NCBI GenBank assembly: GCA_003990765.1
Contig: RBNJ01000213.1
Span: 1 to 36,554 of the forward strand
Length of the DNA stretch: 36,554 bases
Source: Jimgerdemannia flammicorona
Lineage: Eukaryota
Direction of reading: 5' to 3'
Shown here: positions 1-10,835 of the stretch, piece after piece
How the letters are laid out: each line of letters starts with the position of its first letter
Position numbering within the stretch: the stretch's first letter is position 1
Notes under the pieces: generated by a model
What the model saw: the letters and a program-made list of their open reading frames with translations, nothing else
What the model was told of the DNA's origin: nothing
The model's database searches: none
Program-made: the position numbers and the translations under genes

Positions 1-23
1 AAAAAAAAAAAAAAAAAAAAAAA
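1..23 (+). repeat. Poly(A) tract, probably the tail of a + strand retroposon lying left of the window
   Basis: 23 A at the window edge, abutting LINE-associated sequence; TSD not visible. Confidence 0.45.
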
Positions 24-1450
24 GAGAAGTTCCAACCCCTCACAGTTATACACTCATCTCCTTCTAAGTCAAGTCCAGCCCACACTCCACTACAACCTCC
101 CTCTCTATAGCCCCTCTTACATCTAGACCAGTCAAGATCTCAGTGATCATCTCATCATTCTCAGCCTCTATCTCCTCTTTATACTTCTTATATAACAAAT
201 AACAGTACTGTAAGCTATACTATTGCTTAAACTAGAATACAGCCCACTCCTCTACCACTGTTATCAACTCAGTCTCTCTCACCACATCAACCTCATAACT
301 CTACTCCTCTAAAAGATAGCTAGCACCCCAGCCTTCAGTTTCTCTACCAGACTATCTCCTCTCAGTACTTACTTACAATGCTTCTCACTGACAATCCTCT
401 CCTAGTTCCTCAGCACCAGACTATCAATCATCTTAATCATCTACTGCAGATTGTGCATATACTATCTATCAGAGATTATCAGCCTCTCTCTCTCTATATT
501 ACAATATAAGTACTAGTTCTCATGGACTTATCTCTCTCCATCTCTGGAAATTATGCAGCTTCTCCTCTATAACTCCAACCACCTGCTCCCCTTTTGCTAT
601 ATCTTGTACTTCAAATTGAACACTATACATACCTCTTATCTCTACATCCTCTACACTATTTTAGGTCTGAGCACCAGTCCTCACCTCTAGCCTCTTCTCT
701 TCCTTCCAGACTTTAAGTACTCTATCATCATAGAGCTACTGATCCCTAGCCTCCTGACTCTCTTCCACACTCTTCACCCTCTCTCTATTTTTATTCTCAG
801 CCCAAGTACTCACCTTCAATCCTCCTAAGCCCCCTCCCACTCCAGTCACAGGCCTTTACTTTAAGCTCATCAATAGGTCCTTCTGCCTCTTCCTCCTCTG
901 AGCCTTTTCCCATGATATCTTATTTATATATATTCTCTTTTCATTATCTATCTCTAAGTGTATTGATGCCTCATAAGTCCACCATACCACTGCCCTCTGC
1001 TCTACTACTCCACTGAGCTCCTCTAGGGTCTTCAACAGATCTTTCTCCTCCTTCTCACTCTTCTTTACCCTTGTCACCTTATAATCAAATACTCTCCACA
1101 TCTTCACTGAAGGCTAGTCACAAGTCTTCTCAGTAGTCTCTCACTCTATAAGTCTGATCTAGATATCTATATCTCATATGCTGAACATTATCCCCTCCCA
1201 GACTCAAGGAAACCAATATCTACTATATTGCAATACTCTATCTTTACCTCCTCCACCCTCTATCTTGTCTCAACAGCTATCTCTGGGGACACTCCTTTTA
1301 CCAGAAGCTGTACCACTCTGGGGTTCTACCTCAAACAGTACACCATTGATACCACTATCTCTCAAAGTATCAATCTAGTCTTCAAAGCCTCCTCTAGCAG
1401 CCCTGACTCCTCAAAGCCCACCTCAATCTCCCCTTATATTTAAAGGCCAC
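24..1450 (-). pseudogene. Degenerate coding-like region directly downstream of LINE ORF2 (extra ORF, or ORF1 of a tandem element)
   Basis: Same purine-rich minus strand and CpG loss as the adjacent LINE. Broken frames are E/K/R-rich (ORF 856-1107, EKEEKDLLKTLEELS). No poly(A) separates it from ORF2. Confidence 0.4.
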
Positions 1451-1451
1451 C

Positions 1452-3080
1452 TTACCATCTACTACCACAACTCTCCCCCCACTCTGCCCATAAATTTTCT
1501 CTACTAAACATTGCTAATAACCTCCCTGCAGACTCCATCCCAGCCACCAACTCATCAAAACATCCACCATCAATCCTTTCCACCTTGTCAGCTACTCTCC
1601 TAAACTCAAAAACCTCTCTTCCTCAAAAACAAACAACCAGTGTTCAGCTAACTCCATCCATATAGCTAAAACTCATTCAACAGTAAGCTACTCATTTCCA
1701 ACCCCCCCACCAATCTATCTCTCAAATCTTCCCATCACCCCCTCTCACTATTTCTCCTCCTCACAATATTCAATCTATTTCCAACTATTAACCAAAAGTC
1801 TCCAAGTACCTTACACTCCTCAAGCCAATGTTCTGGTATCTGTAAAAATCCCTCTTCCTGTCCTACATTATAACACTCCTCACAATCAAACTGTCTGCCC
1901 TCTACAAGATGGCCTGAACAAAAGTTGAGCATGATGTTTCCTCCTCAGCAAGCACCACCATACTACTCAGGACTTAGATGACAGCTATTGCTGTATATTA
2001 GTACTCTAGGTCCAAACTCTATTCCAGTTCCACCCTTCTCCAATACTCACCAACTGCTAGCCACTACTGTCTGAACCCTCTCTGGCACTCTACTCCATTA
2101 CTAACATTGAAATCAATCAGTAGAGTATCCCTCAACAATACTCAATCCCATCTCCACATTGCTAGACCTCATGGTATCTCTCCCTCAGCCCCCTGCTAGT
2201 GAAGACTAATGTGGTACACCCCATCAACTACTCTCTACCAGAAGCTCTTATATCTCATGCACCCATTGTTCCAAAACCCAACCAAAGATAGTAGATCCCC
2301 TGTGGAGCCTCTTAGTGCAAACCTCATCTCCCAGACCTTTTTTATCAGAGAAACCCAGCTACAACCTCTCAGTTCCACAGCTCTCTTCAGCCACCAAGCT
2401 CTCAGATAATATAGCCTCTTCAGAAAGTCAACCAGCCTAAGGTCTCTCCTATCTACTAGTAATGACAGAATTTCCCATCTAACCTGACTCTGTCTCTCAG
2501 CCCATATCCAATCTTTGGCTAGCTTCAATAGTCTCTTCACTACTCAGGCTAGAAAGTCCAGATAATAAGCTAAATATTATAGCTTTAGCAACCAGTAGAC
2601 ATTCAGAATTGAAACATGACCTGTTAAGGAGATTTGGTAGTCTCCCCATCTCTACAGAGCCTCCCCCCAGATAGTCACTCACTACTCTCATTAGGTTTTA
2701 GATAGGACTGACCCATAGACTAAAAGGTATATGTCTAAGTACTGTACAGCATCTCTAGTAGGGACAATTGTTCCAATAACATCCCCTCCCAGCAGATCAT
2801 TGTCCAATACCATTGTTTCACACTTATGCCAGTTGAGTTTTGCCCCAGAGTATATCTCATACTACTATACTGTTTTCTGAAGTTCTCCAATATCTACAAT
2901 GATCCAGACCAACTATTTTATTATCCACAAAGGCCCCAACTTTCCAGACAATTCCAAATACTGAGAGCCCTACTATCTTGCATCAAATCCAATTCATCAA
3001 TGGCTCTAAGGATAGAGCATACAAAATAGGAGACAGCAGGTCTCTCTGAGGAACACCTCTATTCAAAAAAAAAAGTCACC
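1452..3080 (-). mobile_element. 5'-truncated, degenerate L1/Tx1-like LINE (RT 3' half plus C-terminal region), inserted in Copia RT
   Basis: Minus-strand remnants RGVPQRDLLSPILY (GVPQGDPLSP motif), KVGAFVDN (F/YADD), QYLDI (YLG), WEILSLLVDRRDLRLVDF (LPxxxGGLGL). Collinear with the copy at 13122-15085. Confidence 0.9.
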
Positions 3081-5572
3081 CCCTTATCTGTTATCTTGAA
3101 TTTCTTATACAGAGCTTCTTTTAATCTATTAAGTATATTTTTTATTATAATGATAATTATACCATCCACCCATATGCCTATGAATATAACTCTATTGATA
3201 TAGTATTAAACATATATAGTTATTTACTTTATAGTATATAAAGCCATTATCAAAGAGATATTTATTAATTTTTCTATTTTACAAATGGACTACTTACTTG
3301 ATGCTATATAATCCTTTATATAGTTTATTTATGAGATTGTCATTCTGCACATATTCTTATAATTGACAAATATATAGCTCTATATCAATGTTGTCATTGA
3401 GAAATGTTATCTATATATCTATTTGGTAAATTTTTGAGTCATATATAAGCACTGATTGCAAGTAGTATTCTTAGTGAAATAAGCTTGAATATTGGCAAAA
3501 ATGTTCCATTATAGTCTATACTGAAATATTGTAAATAACTCTTAGCAATGAAATATAGTTTATACTATTTGATACTTTTATTACTTATTTGATTTTATAG
3601 ACCCAATGTGAACATATACATAGTCTGTTGATTGATCAGAAGGGATACTAGATCTTATATATCATTTTTAATATGCAAATTATACTCTTCATCTATTACT
3701 TACTTTTATCTCTTATTGTCAGAGAAAGTTATTACTTCATTATATATACTTGACTTATCAAAAGTTGTCATAAATATGTATTCATATATATATCTCAGTA
3801 TAGTTTATATAATCTTTATATTAAGAGGTTTTTGATATATTCCAATAATTTTCCAAATTAGAATGAGTCTCATTTCTGGACTTATGCTTTAGCTTTTCTT
3901 CATCCTTAAGACTCTTTATTATCAGAAGTCTAATTATCCTTAATCTCTATTATTCTTGACTCAGATAACTTTGGCTCAGATAAGTATAGTAGTTAAAAAT
4001 AATTTCAACTTTTCAGAGAGGTTGGTGCTGGTTGTTATATTTATATTGGCTGGGATATAGAAGTTATAATAGATATATTTATATAAATCTCCTTATTATT
4101 ATTATTTTTATTATACTATACATTATGCAATATTACTATATAATATTTGTATATATAGATCTCAGAGTTGATATGCCTTACTAGAATACTTAAGAAACAT
4201 ACTTACTGGCTTTCAGCTTAAACTTTGAGCAATTAGTATTACTCTTATTAAGGATGTATATGTATATATATTATATCTAAATATATATAAATACAATACA
4301 TCAGGCTTGGCTCTAGTCTATAATTCCTCAGAGATTAGATTATCATCTCTAGAATACTTATTACTATTATAAGATTCCTTACTTAATACTTAAAATATAT
4401 ACTAGTTATCTATATATACTACTATATTGATCATTATATATACTATCTCTATAGCTATATAGTTAAATTACACAGCCACACCATTCTCCTAAAGTATTTA
4501 TAGAGCTGTTATTTGATAGTACATACTGTGTTTCCTTAGATATCTTGAATGTCCTATTGATATATTTATATCTGTTATCTAAGTATATAATATATTTTCT
4601 ATATTCTGTTTCATTCTTTGAGCTTTTTGAATTTCTTCAAGGCCTTACATTTTACTATTAAGAAGTAAACATATATTTTAATATATAATTATTAATAAAT
4701 ATAATAAAATATCTCTTTCCCCTATAGAAAGTAATATATATCAGACTATATATATCTATATAGATTAAATTAAATATACAGAAATAAGTTTTATCCATAC
4801 TTTAAATGGATATTAGATTGTTATATTTTTCATATAGTCCTTACAGAAACTCTCAGAATGTATTATCAGTAATTTTCATATAGATCTATTTCTGATCATT
4901 CTTTCCAGACTCATATTGTCTAAATATCCTAAGCATTGATGCTATATATTAGATACATCAGATATAGTTGTCATACATATATGTAGAGACTTTTACTTTG
5001 TTTAATATACTATTGATCATATAAATATTGCCTTATTTCAATAGTATCATAATCTTCTTATCATTCTTTAAACTATATATAATTGCTTTCATTAGATATA
5101 TATATATTTCTTTATCACTGTGGGCCATTATTTTGCTAATTTAGAAGAGATTCTTATCTATCTTTGGAGAGTATAGTATGTTCTAAAATATATTAGCAGA
5201 CTCTATAATAGTCTCATAGAGATATATACTAACATTATCTCTTTCTTGAGCATATAAAATATTATTATTATCTAACTTGATTGGTATTAAATATTTGAAG
5301 AACTCATATATAGAAAACTATTTCTGGTAAACTATTATACATTCTATAGTATTAGAATCTATAAGATATAGATTATTATTACCGGTTATATTAGTGTATA
5401 CTTCACTAATAACATTATCACTTTTAGCTAACTCAAAAGTAAGTGGCTTTGATATATAGTGTCACATAGTGGTTGCCAAGTCCTTCAAATATGCCAGATT
5501 CTCTTCAAGGTGTATCTCTTAGACTAACTCAAGTTTGTTATAAGCAAGTTCTTATTGAAGTGTCTTCCCAAG

Positions 5573-6164
5573 TAGTGCTCCTAACGAGTCAATTTAATCC
5601 GGATTGGATTCGGATTGATTCGGATTGAATCCCATCCAGATGGATTCGAATCAACCATTGTTTTGATTTCCAAATTAGATAATTAAATGTTTACATCAAT
5701 AACTCAATGAATAATCATCCAAATTTGATGATCTTGGTGTCATTTGAAAGCCCTTAATATGGCCTATCTAATGATACCATGAACATTGAAATCCGATCAT
5801 GCGTTGCTGAGTTATGAAGGAAACCGTCTGAATCGCCGATTTTGGAAATTCTTCGATTTGCCGATTTTGGAAATTTCGTCAAATAGAACCTTTTCCTTAA
5901 TATCTCGGCAACGCGTAATCCGATTTTAATGTTCTTGATATCATTAGAAAGGCCCTATTAAGGGCTTTCAAATGACACTAAGATCATCAAATTTGGATAA
6001 TTATTCATCGAGTTATTGATGTAAACATTCAATTGTCCAATTTGGAAATCAAAACAATGGTTGATTCGAATCCATCCGGATGGGATTCGAATCCAATCCG
6101 AGTTGATCCGGATGGGATTCAAATCCATCCGAATCCCATCCGGATTGACTCGTTTGGAGCACTA
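5573..6164. mobile_element. 592-bp fold-back MITE, hAT-type
   Basis: TIR TAGTGCTCC(T/A)AACGAGTCAAT; inverted arms of ~250 bp; perfect 8-bp TSD TTCCCAAG (5565-5572, 6165-6172); subterminal CGGAT/GGATT repeats. Confidence 0.95.
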
Positions 6165-6399
6165 TTCCCAAGGTCTTATAGTCCTCAAACTTCTTATCTT
6201 TAACTATCTTGTTATCTCTTAGATTGCTTGCAAGGAAGTGTGTGTAAGTGAAACTAGAACTGACTTTATTTCAGAGGAAATAAGAGGGATATTTATACAA
6301 AATATAATTCAATGGTTGCTAAGATATGAAGCTAAATATAAATTCCAATAACTAAAACTACTAAGTTCCAGGGTCAGTACTGATGGTTGTACAGGTTCA

Positions 6400-6530
6400 A
6401 GATGCTGGTATAATTCAGTGTCACATCAGAATACCGGTACTGGCATTATTCAGTATTACCTCAAAATGCTGGTGCTGGAACAATTTCGCATCACCTCAGA
6501 ATGCCAGTGCTGGTATTATCCAGTGTAACA
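6400..6530. repeat. ~33-bp tandem repeat, about 4 copies, inside the solo LTR
   Basis: Unit approximately TCAGAATGCCGGTGCTGGTATTATTCAGTGTCACC. Confidence 0.8.
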
Positions 6531-6536
6531 AGGGAC

Positions 6537-7349
6537 TTAGAGCAGAATGTTCAAGACCATGGGGGCTTCATCCTCATCATCAGAGATCAGGATATCTTTG
6601 AAGGAGATGAGGTCTGCGAATTCATCATATAGGTCACGCATTTTGCATATGTCAAAGTCACACAGGATGACGTCATCATGTTCAGCGGTGGTGGGAACAA
6701 GGAGATCTGGAGCTCTCCAGTCTATGAGGTTCTCTTCCACAAAATAGGGGATAAATGTGGGGTCTTGGGGAGGTCTAACCTAGATGCTTGAGCCTTGGAA
6801 TACTGAGATCAATCTTTGCAGGAATTGGTCTGGGTTGTCCTGGAGGATGGGGTGCCAGAAGTCTTCTACTTCATCACTATTGAGGGTAATAGTGGACTGG
6901 GCTTCTGTAGCCACTCTGGCTTCTAGTGCATTGATATGGCAGGATGACAGATTTCTGAAGTCTGAGACTCTAACATACTCTAAGTTGGGGATTGACTATG
7001 GTGCATACCTGAAGATCTGATGGATCTTCTTAGCTGTTCTTGTCTCATGTATATCCATAGAAGTGGCATCTTGTAGCTCTTGAGGGCTGGCCTGTGAGAA
7101 CTCCTGGCAGAGGAGGTTTCTTATTTCATACTCCTACCATATTTGGAGGTATTTGGTAGCAATGGTGATCCTTGTTTCCATTTTACAGTGGTAGAGAATA
7201 TAATGATAGAGATCTGCAGTACCCAGGTCAACACTAGGAGTCCTTCTTGAGTGGGTCCTCATAGCTCTTCTGATATCTTGGAACATCTTTTCTTCAACTG
7301 AGGTGCCTTGGTGATTCCTTGACCTTGAGGTTTAGTGGGCAGTAGGCAT
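6537..7349 (-). pseudogene. 270-codon accessory ORF inside the solo LTR (probable ORF3 homologue)
   Basis: One frame from ATG 7349 to TAA 6537 with no frameshift. Four stops (7332-7334, 7134-7136, 6996-6998, 6780-6782) are all TAA/TAG, each one transition from CAA/CAG/TGG. Acidic C-terminus (ISDDEDE). Confidence 0.8.
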
Positions 7350-8383
7350 TTTATTTATAGTAAGTCTTTGAGCTATTTTGGGATTGGTGGGTCTTGTTGA
7401 TTGCTGCTACTGCAGTTCCTTGATTCTTCTTTTATATTCCTCAAGATACTCATACTGTGGTTATAATGACTCACAGTTGGTCATCATTGCTCATCTCGTA
7501 TGCCATATGATCTTCTTGTGCTCTGATCTGGTGGCTTATGAGGAAAGGCTGCCTCCTGTGCTGATGTCATCATTCTGAGGTCACCATTACAATAGATATA
7601 AATATCTTCTCTAGATACTCAGTATATATTACCTATATGTAAAATATGTCTCTATCTTAATTATTATCTATTTAGTAGTATTTTGCATTATATTGTACTT
7701 TGTTATTTCCTCAATTCTTTTCACCACTCCCATATTTCCAATACTGGCCTCTATACTTATTTTCATCATTCTTCTTATTCTTTCAATAGCAGTCATTCTA
7801 TATATATCCATACTTGTTATAGTAATAGCAGTTTTTTTCAAACTTAGATTTATATTTTGAACTTATTAGTACTACTTACCTTATTCACATAATCTATAGA
7901 ATACTATTTCATCATTATTGTCACTATTTTCTTAATATATCTCCTTATTTATGAGACTCATTATTATGTGAATATAGTCTGAAAGCTTACTGCTTTTGTA
8001 CATAGCAACCACTATTATATTATATACCTCAGAGAGGCTTCTTATTAAGACCAGGATCTTGTCTTCATCACCTATATACTTTACTGATATACTTAGAGAA
8101 TTCACTTAATTTACTAAATTATCAATATAATCAGTATATTCACAGATACTCTTCTTAAGCTTCATTTATAGATTGAATAGCTGAGACTTTAGATGGAATT
8201 GATTCAATATAAATGCTTTACATAATAATTATATAAAGTCTTTCATACTTTGTAAGCAGTTGTTGCATACATTATATACTTTATTTATGAATTTAAAAAT
8301 ATAAATATGATCTCACATAATGCTCAGCAATTATTTATAGTATTATAATCTTGAATCTATATCTATGGTTTCATATACTCTAT

Positions 8384-8519
8384 TAGGGATTTCAGATGGC
8401 TGGTCAGAGTGGCTCAGCTTTAAATTTAAGGCCAAGCCACTTGGCCAGTTGGCTATAAATTTAAGACTGAGCTACTCTGGCCAGCCATTGGCCATATGGC
8501 CAGCCATCTGGGATCCCTA
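8384..8519. mobile_element. 136-bp palindromic hAT-type MITE
   Basis: TIR TAGGGAT(TT/CC)CAGATGGCTGG(T/C)CA, starting like the Ac TIR (TAGGGAT); perfect 8-bp TSD TACTCTAT (8376-8383, 8520-8527). Confidence 0.92.
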
Positions 8520-8797
8520 TACTCTATCAAGTGACATTCTTCTAGAAGATTGCTTATATGGAATTCCTAAATGGTGTAATCCTTGCCATCAAAGATTGGG
8601 ATCATCCTCTTGGTTGTGTATATACTTGCTACAGAGACTGTGACCATCATCATACCCATTCTGAGAGTACCAATGCCTGCTGTGGCTGGCACACTTGTTC
8701 TGGCTCCTTACTTTATCTCTTGCAACATCTTGGCATAGAGTAGCATACAGTTTTAGAGAGGTGTTTATTAGGCACTAAGCAGGGCTCATAATCTTTT

Positions 8798-8958
8798 TGT
8801 GACTTTGTTGGGAATATGGAGTGAAGGGAAGAGCAGCAGCATTGTTCATTGATTGCTCATGTTTTTATGTGTTGAGTGACGTAGCTCAAAGATGTAGTTA
8901 CAAAGAATCACGTGTATAAGCCGCATTATCGAGATGCAAAATAATGAAAATTTCAATA
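8798..8958 (-). repeat. 5' LTR of Copia-A (~160 bp)
   Basis: Minus strand TATTGAAATT...AAGTCACA aligns with the Copia-B LTR (TGTTGAAATA...CTACATC...AACAATGCT); followed by the PBS. Confidence 0.7.
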
Positions 8959-10148
8959 AAAACGATTACTGGAGACCGGACCGAACGATACAAGCGATTA
9001 CCGACATACGAACCACGAAAGATTTTGACGACATATTGAATTAAGAGTGATCGCTTGATCAACGACACTAGCATCGACATACCGCTATCAAAAAAATCGA
9101 ACAGCAGCCCTTGCCAGAAACGGCTACCAGAATAGGTAAGCAAGCGATAAGACTTCTAAAAGTGGGAGGCTCATTGAGCCGTGCTTGAAGCAACAAGAAA
9201 TACAAATCGTACGCCACAATATATACTAATTACATTGCTGAAATTTAGCATGTTGCACAATTATAACAGGCCTCAGAAATTATTTAATTTTACCAATGTG
9301 CATCACCAAAACATAACGGCACATTAATTTCAAGCCCTCGCTTTTGTGCAGCTCCTGTGGCAAACTTCGCTCCCAAGAGTGCTTGTCATCTGGTGACCGT
9401 TATTTTCATTAGAAGGGCAGGATATTTTACAGAAATCGTGCATGTCGTTTGGAGCATTATATAGCTGCGCGACGTCTCATCGCGCTGAACCAGGAATGTT
9501 GACGATTGTGCGTTTTGAACATTAAAAACAGGAAGACTTCAGTGAGTAGACAAATTTTATTTATTAATAAATGGTAATTCCGAGAGTAAAATATGCAAAG
9601 CCATTAAACAGAGTAGAAAATTCCACAGTTAGGATTGCGGTGGGGTCTCTCCGTGGGAATAGCTCACAGGCTAATTTACTCTTTTCTGATGAAAGAGAAA
9701 AATAACTTAAGCAAGGCCAGTTTCTAAGTAAAATACAAGATGGGCAATTACATGCAGCCTTTCACTCTTATTCGAAGCGCCAATCAGAATGACCTCATGC
9801 CTCTCAAAAGTATGGAAAGATTGTAACTCATGCTAACCGGCAGCTTGTGCCACCAATATTCCAATGAAAATCAGACACAAAGTCGAATGCTCTCTATGGC
9901 ATATTACCTCGACATTCAGTTCGCTCAGCCACAGAAGGAACTGCCGTATATCGTTCACTATAATTTAATTTTATATTATACAGATATTCAAAAGTAGATT
10001 TCACTATTTATATATTACATAGAAAGAGTTTGTCTCATGCTATGTGTTTAACACATAAATTAATTCTTGTTAAATAATCATAGTTTTCTTCGAAATAGCC
10101 AGTACATAGAAGGTTGCTAAGTCTATATGTTTAAGATCAAAGGCCGAC

Positions 10149-10667
10149 TTACTTTTTCACGTTACAAAACTTTCCGAAGTGTTTACAACGTGCGCAGGGT
10201 ATCCCTCGACATCCTTTCTTGTCCTTTATGCATTCAAAGCACCGATTTCCCGGAGGATTCCGTTTTGTGGTCCTTTCGGTAGCATGAATACGACAACGCC
10301 TCTTCTTCTTCGAACAGTCTGGACATTCCTTGTACAGAATAGGCTTGGGGCCCAAAGTAGCCGTGGTTTCGGTGTGTGTCTTTGGCGGGTAATTCACCAC
10401 TGAACGAAGTGATACAGATGGTGTGCTAGAAGGAAACCGCCGAAAAATTGGCGCTGGCTTGGATGTTGCATCACCATTTGGGAGGTTGCCGGCACCGGCT
10501 TCCGAGTTGAAACTAAGTTGTATGGAACAAGGGACACTTTGAAAGCATTCATACAATTCAGTTGGAAGGATGCCCGTAGAGTCGGGAGTGCCTCCATTGG
10601 CATAGACGCCATTCGGTAATTTGTTGTCATAAAGTTTCGAAGTGACATTGTCTTGGAGATTATCCAT
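10149..10667 (-). CDS. 172-aa protein with a C-terminal Zn(II)2Cys6-like cluster, putative transcription factor
   Basis: CFECIKDKKGCRGIPCARCKHFGKFC = Cx2Cx6Cx4Cx2Cx6C, preceded by CPDCSKKKRRCRIH. N-terminus is P/S/T-rich. True start or a 5' exon is uncertain. Confidence 0.75.
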   Translation of the reverse strand: MDNLQDNVTSKLYDNKLPNGVYANGGTPDSTGILPTELYECFQSVPCSIQLSFNSEAGAGNLPNGDATSKPAPIFRRFPSSTPSVSLRSVVNYPPKTHTETTATLGPKPILYKECPDCSKKKRRCRIHATERTTKRNPPGNRCFECIKDKKGCRGIPCARCKHFGKFCNVKK

Positions 10668-10826
10668 GTTCCCTTCTTGGAAAATTGGATATCGGCATAG
10701 GTATCACCTTTTGAAGCAAGGAGTTATACTACACGGGCTTAGGTCGATGTCGTGGAGGAAGAGTATCGGTGCTTTGGACGAATGGGTTGGAATGTTATGG
10801 TATGTGAATCGGAGTACATGTTCTGC

Positions 10827-10835
10827 TTTTATATA
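10827..10835 (-). promoter_or_regulatory. Candidate TATA box of the Zn-cluster gene
   Basis: TATATAAAA on the minus strand ~160 bp upstream of ATG 10667. Confidence 0.4.

Larger units (their letters stand above)
5460..7591 (-). mobile_element. Long Gypsy-type solo LTR (1532 bp without the MITE and its TSD) containing an ORF
   Basis: TG...CA termini (TGTCA/TTACA); TSD ATAG at 5456-5459 and 7592-7595. Copia sequence rejoins across it. Tandem repeats followed by TTGTATAAAT...AATAAA-like block (~6300-6260) resemble the other Gypsy LTRs here. Confidence 0.8.
3081..8958 (-). mobile_element. Degenerate Ty1/Copia element (Copia-A), 5' LTR to mid-RT; interrupted by a solo LTR, a MITE and a LINE
   Basis: RT remnants IGIWVDG and LYKGLYSIK*VVHL*NRKINKYL; protease LYLIDSNT (~5360); PBS GATTATGAGCCC at 8782-8793. 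Peptides match Copia-B. Confidence 0.9.
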
